A DNA stretch of 64,000 bases from Dimorphilus gyrociliatus (GCA_904063045.1 CAJFCJ010000007.1:616819-680818), one strand, 5' to 3'; shown: positions 35,893 through 49,912, counted from the stretch's first letter. The notes: generated by a model from the sequence alone, not told the origin. A program made the numbers and translations.

Positions 35893-36022
35893 AGCTCTGG
35901 TTCTAGTTCAGCTTTCGAGCAAATGTTTCGCCTTTTACTAAACATTTCCGTGGACTAGAACAACTTAACGAGCATAATTCAATTTTTGTAATGCCCTGAT
36001 TCTCAGGGTTCCTTTTCAAATG
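35893..36022. repeat. 130-bp direct repeat, copy 2
   Basis: agctctggttctagttcagct...ccctgattctcagggttcc..ttcaaatg, same as 34312-34441. Confidence 0.9.
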
Positions 36023-38026
36023 ACAAAGTCTTTATCAGATAACACCATTAACGGTTCTCTGAACAAAAGTTGTAATGGAAACTTGACCTCGCAACGGAAG
36101 TTAAGGTATAATGAGAACCAGAAGCCAAATGTTAGCAATATTGATGACTATACACTAAGAAAGAAACGACTGGAAGTTGAAAAAGAGTCCCTTAACAGAA
36201 TTAATACACATACAACAAGATGGTCTAATTTTAACAACTTAGCATAGTACTACTAACTTAAAAAAATAAGACAAAATTCTCCAATTATTCTTTTTGTAAT
36301 CTAGTATCTAAATGGTAAAATAGAGACGAGAAGGTTAACATCGAGAAACCTTGTCAATAGTCTGAAAAATAGCCTATGAACTATTAGAGCTTTTCGACAA
36401 TTGGAATGAGTAGCGTAATGAGATAAATCAAACAATTAAATGAATAATATAAAGTTACATTTAAAAAATATCGTTTAATATAGAAAAGGGGATAAGCATA
36501 GCAGTAAAACTGAAAAGGAAGAGACTAACTATGTATTATAGCGGATCTTGCAGTTTTCATAAAAACATATTAGTATTATAATGCAAAAAGCATGTTAAAC
36601 ATTAAAAAATATCGCTTGAGAAACTAATAAAGAAAGGACGTTAGAGGTTTTCTAGTCTTTATAGATTGTTTGGAAGTATCTTACAAAGATAGATTGATAG
36701 AAGAGTGTAGAATTCTCCTTTTTTGTAGAGAAGAATGACTAAAATTATATACAGTAGATGTCGATGTTGTACGCTACGAATTCGGAAAGCTTTAGATTAC
36801 GAAGAAGACCTTCAGGTGTACGGACAACAAAGAGCCTTTGCACCTGAAGAATTACCGTTTTGTAAAATAAGCAATCTATAGATAAGTAACCAAATAGAAA
36901 TTGGAAACTTTAGTAAAAAATAAATCATATGTAGAACAAAGAGAGAAGAAGACAAGAATTACAGCTATTACATAACCATGTCTGTCTTTTTAGCCTATTT
37001 TCCTAGATTTTAAAATAATAAAAAAAGCATGATAAGCGGTGAAGGCAATTTCTTAAGGTATATTTCTTCATTTTAGGAAAAGATATTTATCCCTATGGAT
37101 TGGATCTGCCAAGTTGGGTCATAAAGATCAGGAATATTTAATGCTCTTGCTGATAAACTTCGAGTATTATAACTTTCTATTTGTAGAAACTTATACGTTA
37201 CATACGTGAGACACGTAAGTAAATCTTGCGAAGGAGGCTATTTTCTCAGCACCCTCTATTCTACATATGCTGCTGATATTTAGTAATTCAACATCTGCGA
37301 GAATATTAGAACCATCCTTTATATCTATAAAATAAGGGAAAAAGTTTAGATAATTGGTAACTAAAGACCAAGACCTCCAATATCACTATTGGGACAATTT
37401 ATCAATTTTTTACTCTTTCCATTGATGAAGAAGCTATTATCCTAAAAGAAAAATATTTTAGCATTTGGCCAATACAAGAGTTTATTGACCAAGAAGTAAA
37501 AAATAAATTACGTAAACAAACAAACAAACGTTTAAATCTTCTTTTTCAAAGTTAAGTTTCAAATATCTTATACTTTCGTAAAGGTGATATTCAATGGCAG
37601 AAATATTCATTATCTTTAAACTCTATTTTAATTATTGGATATAAAAGGAGAGAATAATTCCTTTTTTCCAAGAAATCTATAGGAGAGAAGTACGCTTTTA
37701 CAAACTTCTGAAATATTCTTGCTAGATAAGGTTTGACGCATGACAAAACAGTTCAATTGAATCAGACCAAATGGATGTCCTAATGCAGAAAGTTAATTGA
37801 ACATTGGAAACATTACTCTGCAGAATTCAAACAGTTACACATTTAATAATGTTATCATTCAATAAGGATTGTGACGTAACTAAACTGTTGTTATATAATC
37901 CGTTAGATTGCCTACTTCTTCTCTAATTGCAGGGCAATCAGCAATGAATCTGGAAGGTGCTAGAGGGCTTTGGAAGAGGTATATTTGGATTGGAAATTGA
38001 GAGTGAGTGAGTGGGTAAAGCAGGAA

Positions 38027-38068
38027 AGCGAGCTAGAGAGAGAGAGAGAGAAAGAGAAAGAGAGGAGA
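38027..38068. repeat. GA-rich microsatellite / polypurine tract
   Basis: agcgagctagagagagagagagagaaagagaaagaggagag. Confidence 0.75.
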
Positions 38069-41000
38069 GTTGGATACGGAGTGGCTTCTATCAACATTCT
38101 ATAAATGAAAGAGAAGACTCAAATTGGCTATAAGACTCTTCCTCGTGATATCAACCTTATGGCAACCTTTCGAATAGAAAAACATACCTCAATACTATAA
38201 ATTTATCCCTTACTACCAAGTGTGAAAAAAACCTAATATTAGGCCTAGATAATTAAGTTTTTATTTTATACAAATTGTATAAATTGGCAAGAGTCAATTT
38301 TCCCTTGACGCTTATTCTAATTGTATGAATCTGAAAGGAGACAGCATCCCTGTGGAATAATTACGGTTTGGTTGTTGTCTTTTATCTTAATCATCTGCAA
38401 TATTGTTTTTCTTAAATAGACTAATTCTAAATAAAAGAATGGAATCATTAACGAAGTATAGAGAGATGTATAGTGTTAAAATTCATCTGAACTTGATAAT
38501 AATTAGACGAATATAATCGGAAAATTTGGAATAAAGGAATCAGTCAGTAATATATATATTGAAATCATAATTTGAAATGGGTACGGCATTATCGTGTGAA
38601 GTTTCCGGTCTAATAAAGCCTTAATTAATAGAAAGAAGAAAAAACAATATAGGCTTCGTGGAGGTAAAGTTAATCATTAAAATTTGAGAAAATATTATCA
38701 TTTTCTATTATCAATAATGAATATTTCTTTATTAATGGACAGTCAGAATAAGAAATATGGAATAGGCCTATTGAGTGATGAAAAAGAGATGGATTAACAC
38801 TTTCAAATATAGAAGCTTAATTACAAAGGCGTCCATTCAGCCTTTAAAATTATCTTTATGTACAAGAGAACTTGTGCTAGGCCTTTTTAAAACTAACCAA
38901 ACATATACATAAATTCACTGTACTTAGTATAGACAGAATATGTTTGTATATATTATAACGCTCGAAATCATTCCAAACTTCCACTTGGGTAGCGTTGCGG
39001 CTATTCCGTTACATTAGCTGATGAATGAAAGAATCGGTCAGCTGTACATAAAAATACTTGGAAGCATATACAGGAGAATAAGTCACCAACTACGTGACAA
39101 TTTAATACAATCGCTTACGTCACAGGATAATATTCTATTAGCAAAGGTTAAATGGAGCGGTTTCTTTTTAAAGTCTATTTTATAAAAATATTTCGGAAAA
39201 GATCTTAAAAATCATCAATTATTCAACATCTTTAAGAAGTAGGCGAATTACGAGAGTCTTACAAATCGATTAATTTGAAGAATATAAGGGTTCGCCAAAT
39301 ATATAACCTTGAATAGAAAACATATGATTACTCTAGTTCAATCATCATCAGTTTTTTTTTTACAGCTGGCATAGAAACGTGGACAGTTTAAGTTATCTGC
39401 GAAGCTTACTTTCTGGGACGTTTTACCTTCACCTAGTTTGCGTAGTTCTTCAGTTTTAATCGTGTTCTGTATGATATTAATATAATTGGATATCTCTACA
39501 CGAAATATCCATATTATTCACGTGTCCTTGGTATATTTATATTAATTGACTAATAGATTAGATTTTTTTTTTAACATATTCAAACTCAATTCATTCCTTG
39601 CTGCTTTCTGTCTAGAAGATAATTGAACTGATAAAAAACCCATTAACTACCGAGTTTTCTAATAACACTTTATGATTAGTCTAAATTTATCATCAACTAT
39701 ATGAGTTTAACTAAGAAATCAGATTAAGCTCTGTACCAAAGCATTTATAAGAAGTCTGCATATCGAGGTCATACTTCTTTTGTATTTTCATTCAATTTTA
39801 TATCACAAAATAACTGAACAGTTAGAAATTGATTGATAGGAGTGTGGATAGAAACGATAGGCTAGTTTCTACAAGTAAATTTGTATACGATGTTTCACTG
39901 ACGTTTCACAAAGCATCATTAGACACCAAAACAAATTTATCAAATTTTAGACAAACTTTGTTACCGATACGTACTTCCTTTGGCAAAGGAGACTAAAGTA
40001 ACATATATAGGTAGTTCATGTTTCATATTTCAATCAAATATAAAAACCAAATTTTCAAAGTCTACATAAGACTAGTCTTCTGCCAAGACGGTAGTAAGTG
40101 GTTACTCAAAAAATTTTCACATCGGCAATAAAGAACAAAAAGTATTTAATAACACCTTGAAATGAGCAATGGCTCTCAGTTTTGCTGCAAACTCAATATC
40201 GGCATTATGGGAATAAAGACTGAAAGTATGAGTTTGGCTGAAACAAAAGAGTGTAATTGTAATAATTCATAAATTTACATTCAATATGTAAATTAGTCAA
40301 AGATAGGTTGCTCAAATGACTAAAAATGTACAATTATTACAAAAACATTAAACTCTCAGGGATATCAATAGCAAATAATTCATAAAGTCGGAGTGAAGTA
40401 AATCCCTAAAGTTCCTAATGAGATCAAACTTTCAGTTTTGTTTCGCAAATCACACGATTCCTAATCTCTAATTGAGATTTGAAAAGCAAACAAGCGCAAT
40501 CACGATCGCTAAGACAGACGATTGTTTAGTTCTGAAGACACATCTAACCATTTTCATAGGTCATGTCATCTTGCAGGGGGAAACAAATGTCAAATGTAAA
40601 GCAGAATTACTATTGTCGGCCGAAACAAAACATCTCGTACAGCGTAAAATAGCACAAGAACATTGTTACGTTCAACAAACAGGTGACGAGTCAACTTCTT
40701 ATCTGCATTCGGTAAGCCTGTTCATTCCACTTTGAGGTAAGATCTTCAAGAGTGCGAACAAGTTCAAGTTAAGGTGTGAAAATGCTGTTAGTGATTAAAT
40801 GTAGGTATAAAAATTTCAAGTAACTGGTTAATACTAACAATTCAAATCCTCTTGGTTTAGTTCGGTCATCCTGATTGATTGAAAAAGTATATTAATTAAT
40901 TTTGAAATAATGTTTATGATGGAAATTTCGAGCTAAGCTAGAAGTATAATATAAGATACACCTTATTGAGATAGCGATCATTAAATTATTAACAACTTTG

Positions 41001-43693
41001 AGTTGTTTTTGCACTTAACGTGAGAAGATAAAAAGTATAGTGTCATTAACGAAGGAAAAAATCTAATTTATTAATTGTTATGGTCTACGAATTAAAAATT
41101 AGACTACGAAATTCTTGCATATTTAATTAGTTTTACAAAGTCTTTCAAAAATTCTTGTTAAGATTTATGAGGTTTTTTCCTCTCTAATCGCACAGGAATA
41201 CTTTAAGGCGAGTATAACAGAACAGATATTAAAAAAAATAGGTGGACGATATTCGTAACATGGCAAAAAACTTATATCTTGGGTATTGGAATATGCGCAA
41301 ATTAAGATATTAATGCAATCTCCCTTTAGAATTTTTGTCACGTCCTACATTCTAAAAGATACAAGATACGCTGGTTTATTTTATTATCTTCTTAAACCCA
41401 AGAAAATATTAATAGGAATAAATTTAATCCATATTATAACGAACTTGTTTATATACTGTATGTAAAACCTATTTAACATAGAGCTGTTTAATTCTCAATG
41501 CAAATAGGAATTCTATTTGATTGATATAAGACTGGAATTATAAAACTATGTTATTGAAATTTCTTGATTATAGTTTATCTGAGTTTTTATGTAAATTCAA
41601 TTCTCTCACATAAGGTATCGGACATTCTAAGTTAGTTCAGTTTTTATTAAGTGTTAATTTATTCAAATAGCTTGAAAGAACCCTTACCTTACTCTCTCTT
41701 TCCCTCAGTCTGAAAACAAGTGGTTGACTTCTATGCTTCGTGACCGCAATTGTAACGTTCCAATTGTAGATAACGAAGGCTAGAGAAGAAGTGACCAAGT
41801 CTTCAGCCAAGTGACATTACGCAATTTGAGAAAAAATCTGAACAAAATGTTAAAAATTAGTATTGAAATCACTATAAATGTATACTATAATGTTAACGAT
41901 ATATTGATCAAATGGGAATAGTTTTACTTAGCAGTCAACAATGTAGAAAAGTTGAAAATCTTAATTCAAAATGGTGACCACGTGGCATGCGTGTCTATGT
42001 CAAAGCGTATTTATTGCGAATACTAATAACTAAATTTTCGCCAAGCAAATAGAAATAGCATAATATTGCTCTTTCCCGCTGTTAAACAGACTGGAACAAT
42101 AAATGAAATACAGTTATAAAACCTTCCCAAACTTAAAAGACATAAAAAATTCAAGAATAACTTCTTATAAAATGGTATTTTTTTCGTAAAATAAGTAAAA
42201 AAGGATTGGATAGAAGAGTCTAAATAGTTGAAATAATTCTGGACGAACTTACCAAATTCCAGTTACCCGAAACTTCACGTCCACGTGTTAGGTGGTAGGT
42301 TACTTTATTGCTGTTTGAAAAAAGGTTAAATAGGTTTTTAAATAAATATTTCATCTATGTTATGGTAATGGTCAAATGAATACTTTGACTGAAGGTGACC
42401 CTCAAAATTTTAATGAAATAAAATTAAAAATCTGGAAAGGCTACCTACTTTGGGCAACGGCATGGCGTAATATGAAGAATTCACGTGCCTGGTAAGCACA
42501 AATAGCGACATCTGTAGTTTGACGAAACGACATCTACATTATAAAATGACTGTACGTCGGAAGTACGGTGTCTTTGTCATTAATTTTAATATTACAAATC
42601 CGCATATATTATTAAAAATATACGTTCATCTAAAATTTTAAGTAATATTTTCCCCCTGGAAATGCATTCGTTGTATATAAATTAGATAAATTTTATATAG
42701 CAAAAAAAGAACTATAGATTTTTAACAAACAATGAAAAATAGACTTAAAGTAGGGGTTGTATTCACACTAATCACCCTAAAGGATAAATATCTATATTAG
42801 AAATCATAACAAAAATACTAATGGTAATTGAATTTATAGGACTATTAGTAACAGCTTAATATGTTGTTTGTGGCCATATAGTTAACGTAAAATATATAAA
42901 TCCAAATACTTATATTGGTAAATAAATAGGTCGATAATCTATCTAATGAAGCTTTTATTATCATATTCCATTTTGAAAGAGACAAACTACACCAAGAGAT
43001 TTTAGCAAGGATTTTAATAGAAAAAGAAAATGAAAGAAGGATAGAGTGAAAACAGTGACAACAAGAAGAAAGTATCTCTTTTTCTTATAGTTTTAAGGAA
43101 ATTTGATCCAGTATTTAATAATATTTAAATATAAAACATTTTGTTTTTTTATTCACGACATAGAAAGATAAGAAATTAACGTTTCTAGACTTTTAATGAT
43201 GTATAAATGTTAGTACTCCAAATAAACAGTCTTCTTTTAATACATTATTTCGTTAATGGAATTTCAGTCATCTCTATAGATACTATTAATGCGACTATTT
43301 GTTAAATATTAATGTATAAGGGAAAAAAAGAAACATTTCTTCGAATATAATCGAAAGGGTAGCTATACCCTTTCGATTGTCATCAAATAAGCCGTCTCTA
43401 TATCTAATTAATTAGGAAAATTCTACCGCTCATTTCCATTGGCTGTTTAACCAAATAGAGAATTTATCTACCCCTTTTTTTACTGAATTGGGTGTATAGG
43501 GCTTCGTTGAATCCTGCATAGTTTCTAGAAAGAAAATTGAAGACTATCAAACATAAATCATTGTAGAATGGATACGAAAACCATTTCACAAATTTATTCA
43601 ATAGAAAAAACCTCATTCATCTATTCAAATCAATACATTTGTTCGACTAATTTTATTGATAATTTGTGTATGTGTATAATTTAAAATGGTTTA

Positions 43694-46600
43694 TTATTCG
43701 TTATCCTCTTTTTTTACAGTCATTTTAGCAATAGGAACGGTTAATGGATTCGAGACTATAGGTACATCTGCTTCCACTGCCTCCTCACCTTGGTCTGCGT
43801 TTCCAATAACTCTTCTTACTATACCCGATCTTTTGGACGGTGTAGGGTGTTTTGTGCCAATGGGAAAATTATTTTGTGGTATTTTGTAGTCAATTAACTT
43901 TGCGATTGACTCCATTTTATAGGATCTAACTCGTGCTCTTGCTTTGGTTAAACGCTGTTTCGCAGCCATACAGCGAATGTGATCATCTAGTTCTAATTTT
44001 ACATCGAATTTAGAATTAGGTATTTTAACATATAGTATTCTGTTGTCGTTACGGTCGCTTGTTACATCGAGACGTTGAAGAGGAGCGAAACTTCTAACAA
44101 TACCAAACCCTAATCTTGTTCCGTCGGGTTCTACAATGATCATTCGCACTTCATCAATCGACACAAATCGACGTTCCTTTTTATTCTTATTTGTTATTGT
44201 GCACGCTATTAGATCGCTATTGTTCAAATCAAGAACATCTCCTTCGTTTACTATGTTGTCGTTCTTGGTTAATGGTAAATCCATTTCTTCTTCCTTATTC
44301 AATTTCTTAACAATATCGCGGACGAGAAGGAAGACTCGAATGGCCCTTCTAGCTCTTTCCACTTCACCGCAAGGTAATCTTAATTTGAAGTCAATACCAG
44401 TTAAAGGCGTTGCGGTTGGCGGTAGTAGAACGGCTGCCTCTCTACTGACATCCTCAGTAGTAGAAACTTTCTTCATATTTACAAATTCGTCCTCGAAAAT
44501 CTCAATAAATATTTCTTCACTTTTTACCCATACCTGATAAAAATTTGCTAAAATCAATGTAGCTTGTTCTTTCGCTGTAAGGAGGGCAGTCTTTTGATGT
44601 GGCTGCATTGCATCCTGCAATTTGTGAATAAGGGTAGTTGCCAATTCTAAGGTAATTAATCTCAAACGAGAACCATTTTCACACGACATATTAACCACCA
44701 ATACTAATTTATCAAGAAGTAATAGTTGAAATTCCATCTGCAGGGAATCAATATTATCGGCAATGCCGTGCAATAGCATAAGTGATAGCAGACAATTGAA
44801 ATCGTTATCTGTACAATTTAAAGTCTCCAATATTGTAGAAAAGAAAACACGATGATTTAGTAGAGCCGAGGTTCTTTTGAGCTTTTGCTCGTCTGTTATA
44901 TTCTCCTCGTCTTTAACACTATCATCCGTACTTTCTTCATCCGCCTTTCCTTCAACTGCTCTTTCTATTTCATCATCATCATCCGGTTCGGATGAGAAAG
45001 AACCCGCATAAAAGGTCGAATTTCCTCGACGAACTACTGATGACGTCGATGAGGAGCCATGCGACAAAGTATCCTGTAATAGGGGAGGTTGAACAAAAGA
45101 CGATACCGGTGGAAGATCTTTTCCAACTAAGATTTGAGTTATGACACTCAAAAATTTTGGTCTTTGAACGAAGGTATAAAATAAAGACAATAAAAAGAGG
45201 GCTAAAGGTGAGCAAAGCTTAGGTTGAGGACCATTGTTAATAATACCATATATATGTAATGGTAAAAGCATATTGCCAAGTAATTGTTCCTCGAGTATAG
45301 AATTCAAATCCTCAATATTTAAGTTAAGTATATCATTTACATAAAGTAAATAGTCCACGTGTTCGTCAATCATACTGTTAATCATATTTCGGTTCTTATG
45401 ATCTGTGTCTTCTCTAACAGCAATATCGATATCAAGAGCATGACTTCCCATATACCAAACGAGATTCGAGAAATACGGTGACGCCGTTCTTTCTCGTATA
45501 TACTTCAACATCGATACGTCTCGAACTATTTAAATAAAGAAAGTAACAATTATTTAATAATAAACAAAAATATAATATTGTAAATTGACGCCCCTCCCCT
45601 GCCCAAATTAACGTTTAGGGTATAGATCCTTCGTCAAAACAAATAGAAAAGGAGATAGCCAGGTTTATCAATGACAGCGTTAAAAAAATAAAAACCCACA
45701 ACCAGAACAATTAGCATAGTCATATTTTCACTAATTAAGGGATAATTGTAATTAAAGAGTGATAATGCCAAATAAAGCTTAGTGTATTTTATTGAAAAGC
45801 ATATTGAATCCCCTTTATAATTAGTAAAAAATGAATGTCTTTTTTTTAAAAAAAAATAAAAAACTTGAAAAAATAAGGAAGCGATGATGAGTATGAATAG
45901 ATAAATGTTGTTTTAAAACGTTTTGCCTTTTATTGTTTATATTTTGGCTATTTATTTGCGAATTTTATAAAATACCTCTAATAGGACCGCATTCTGTTTG
46001 CTTTGTATATTGGCAAGCTAATAATATATATGTATATAATATTTATACATTTACATTAAGAACAAATGTATATAAGAGATTTATAATAAATGATAGCTAA
46101 ATTAACTTATTACTAAGTTAATTATAAATAGAATAAGTACAAACCTCTGTAGACATTTAGGGTTATAGTTCTCACAGTTATTCTAACCATACTTTCAGAA
46201 TGATTAAAAAATTTTATAGCTTCTGTGTATAGGGCGAAATCGTTCACATGCTGTTTATGAAAATGACATTCAATTAGAAATAGAATTGAAATATTATATT
46301 ACAAAATATTATTTAATTGTAATTATTCTTACGAACCTCGTTATAGAAGAAATGTATAGTGCTTTCGTTTAATTTAAAGGAAAGCAATTTCAAGAAAGTT
46401 ATATAATAAGCCATGACCTGTTTTATTAAATTAAATTGCAGTTGTTCAAAACATACACACCCACGCATATATAAAATATATTATATAATATGTAAATTAT
46501 GTTACCTCTTCATTTGAAAAGTCAAATTTATGCAAAATAATAGAATTTACGTGATTATTTGATAATAAATAATCTATTGAGTGTGAGAGAGAAAAAATAA

Positions 46601-47102
46601 AATTTATTAATAAATGTTTTATAGTAATTGTTAATGAAACTTACATATAAAGGGGTTGTTGTTGATGTTTTGAAATATTAAATTTAGACTTTGCAACATC
46701 TGGAGGCTTATGTAATGTCCATTCTTTTGTTTCATATATCTCAGAAAGAACGCTAACATGTTCTTTTCCATAAAAAAACTAAAACAGAAAGAGTAAACGC
46801 CTACACACATACACATTAAAGAAAATCAACGTACTCTAGCACCATGCTGTCGTGTTTTTCACCCCATGCCAAGATTTCTGGCAAAACCCGTAGTGTTTCA
46901 ACCAAATTATCCTTATTAGACTCTGTAACATTCTGATGCTTATACAGTAGATTGTAAATCAGTCTATGGAAAAGTAAAACAATTAAATTTTAAAATGGTC
47001 GAGATAAATCTTTAGTAAACTGTACTTGAGATTTTCAAGTGAATGCTTATCCTTCGCTTTCCACGATGAGCCAGTGATCCAAGTCTTTGGCTTAGACAGC
47101 AT
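43694..47102 (-). CDS. CLEC16A: CLEC16A (GOP-1/Ema) endolysosomal trafficking and autophagy protein, 808 aa; 7 exons
   Basis: Exons 47026-47102 (MLSKPKTW...HSLENLK), 46835-46963, 46645-46778 (FFMEKNM...LQMLQSLN), 46506-46573 (YLLSNNHVNSII.HKFDFSNEE), 46337-46417 (VMAYYITFLK..S.KLN...HFFYNE), 46145-46250 (HVNDFALYTEAIKFFNHSESMVR), 43694-45525. Total 2427 nt, in frame. Confidence 0.93.
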
Positions 47103-49912
47103 TTTCCTCTTTAAATTCAAGTCAATCACTCGAAATTAAATATTCAAATTGTCGTAATGGTTCTTTCTTATAAAATGTAAACATTTGTCAGCAGTCACGG
47201 GTATGCTTGCTGAATGTTGTCGAAAATGTTACACGCTTGTTGATTGGATGACCTTCAGAGTCAATCACCGCAAATCTTCAAGTTCAACCAATGAAAAGCC
47301 CTTTGACATTTCAAGATTGACTTCCGTTGCGGGAAAGAATCGAAAAATTCTAGCAATTTGAATGTTCATGTACATACAATCAGGAAAATCCAAATATGTT
47401 TTGAATAAAATGTTTGAAAGTTGCAAGCTTTATTTGCCTAAATCCAATATCATAATCGATCTAATGAATAATATTACAAATAAGCAAAGTAAACTTGATA
47501 AATTCGATAATTAAAACTAAGATGCGTGAATATTCTTGGAAATCGACCAATTTACGGTAAGCTAATTATTCATAGATCAAAGAATCTGGGCAATCAATAT
47601 TTAATCCAGAATATTCTGAAATCAAATCAATAATTTATAATTAAATTTTCGTATTAGAAGCTGAGAAATAAAAAATTCATTGGTGAATGAGTCACTCACA
47701 TAAATACCATAACCTAACGATAAACAACAATGAAATTCTATCTAAATAGAACACCTAAAAAAAAGAAAACAACTTTCTTATTACGCAATAAAAATTGCGT
47801 TATTAATTTCAAGTATAAATTTTATACTATGACATTTATTGAATCTAATGAGGTAAGAAAAAAATGACGTACTGTAATACAACATTTTTTTTTAATGAAT
47901 AAAGATCATCTGTTATTGATAAAAACGTTTTCATTTCGGTTTAATTACGTTTCAAAGAAGAATCGATGTTTAAAATTAATCGTTTTTTATCTTATTCCAA
48001 ACGTTATTTTATAACAGACAGTAATTTTTTCATAAAATACTAATATAACTATTTATTTCCAAGTTAAAAATATACAAAGTGTAATAAATAAACAAATAAG
48101 TAAAATATATAATATTTCATAATATTTAAATATATTAATATATATGCATATTTATGTAAATTAGTCTAATCCACACCTGTTGAATAATTGTTTTATAAAA
48201 TCGTTAAAATATCTTTTGTAAATTGATTAATGTGCTTTTTCTTTTTTTTAACTAATATCTAACATTTTTATTTGTATTTTTAGGTTATACTGTATTATAC
48301 TTATTAATAAATGAGATAATACTCGATAAAAAAGGTCATAATTGAATGGGAATAAGGGCAGAAGTTGTGATTTCATTCGTTATAATATTCTACTCATTAC
48401 AATTACATTAACTTATAGATGAAGTTTGTAAATAATTTAATTAAAAACTATCTGGGTGTGTCATTCATATCTATCATTATAGATCATTTATTTCCTTTCC
48501 ATTTTCTACCATATATAATTAACATTATTAAACTTTCTTGGTAGTATTTTGCCTTATTCTAGGAATTTTAATAAAACGCATGAATTTTTTAAATAATTAA
48601 TTAATTTATAACGAATGGTTAATTGGTTTTTTTTTCTTTTCCTTTTCAGTTTCATTGCCAAGTTTATCGAGTGTTTTTTATCATATTTTACAAGAAATCT
48701 GTATTGAGGAAAGAGAAGAGAAAACCAATCTTTAAGATAATCTTTTGATTAAACTTTTTTCTCCTATTTTTTCTAGGAAGAACTTTCAAAGAGATCTAAT
48801 CTCTTCCATGCCGTTGAATCGAGAGCATGACAAACTTTACATTATCGATCAAGCAATATCTGTCGATTCATTACAAAATTCCACAAAAAAGTAGAAAATG
48901 TACATGTTCATTAAGAGAGTTCTTTCCCTCTCTATCTATTAATCAAACTAATTTCATTCCAGTTTTGTACAAAAATTCTCCCAAAAGGAAAAAAATGATA
49001 AAAGGAGATAAATTATACGTTTGTCTGTATTTACAATGATAAAGTAAATTTTTCTATTGGGGTAAATACGAGTATGGTAACGAGGAATTAGTTAATGAAG
49101 TCAGCCTCCTTTTTTTTTAGCTGTGATAGAGTTGAAAGGTATTTCACCTCTTGCATTAAGTGCTAAATGGAGCGAATGGAAGCGCAATTTTGTAGATATT
49201 AAGGGCTTAAGAATGCTTTCAATATTAAATAATAGACGTCAGAAATGGCGGATGATTTAGAAGGAAAGTCTTTATTGCAAAGTAGGCTACAAAAAGCAAC
49301 GATTTGTATTGGATTGAACAATTGCAAATTTCGACTTTTCTTGATTTGTTTCGGATAGGTTTTTCAAATGAAAGGGCTTAGAGCATATCGTCTTAAAAGC
49401 CTTACACGAAGAATGGTCGATTAACACGCGAGGTTGTTTATCCTATATGGTCAATAAATAATAACCTCGATATGACTTTAGAAACGTTTTAGTTTCCAAT
49501 CTTCAACCTTAGATTTGCTACTAAATCTTACTATCGACTCTATCAATTTATTGATAGTTTTAAGGGCAATTTTGAAAGAGAACCCTGAAAAGTATTAAAA
49601 CCAAAACCAGATGAAGGTGGCAGAGACCTTTGAATTATTTTTGTCGAGCATCTAAAAGAGACAGCTTACATTCGTTCGATGGCAATCGGAAGATTTAAGA
49701 ATTAAGACCGGAAATCAGTTTGACAAACAATCTAAGATCAGTTTAGAGTTGCATTATCTAAAAGCAAGGCAGTCTAGAACGTGACTGTAACATATTTTCG
49801 TTTAAGTACTTTATTCGATTTTTTTAGCTGCTTTGAATACAATAACACATGAAAGGAAAATGGTTAGAATGAATAAAAGATACGTTAAAAATTAATTCGG
49901 CAACGAAAGCGT

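Noticed and set aside
36020-36247. 75-aa plus-strand ORF starting at the end of repeat copy 2
   Set aside because: No domain or splice support; the ATG is part of the repeat.
37100-37170. FNALADKLR peptide resembling a LINE reverse-transcriptase tail
   Set aside because: Bounded by in-frame stops and too short to support a mobile-element call.
39010-39050. CTGATGA...GAAA suggesting a hammerhead ribozyme
   Set aside because: Only 2 nt between the core motifs, so no stem II, and stems I/III do not pair.
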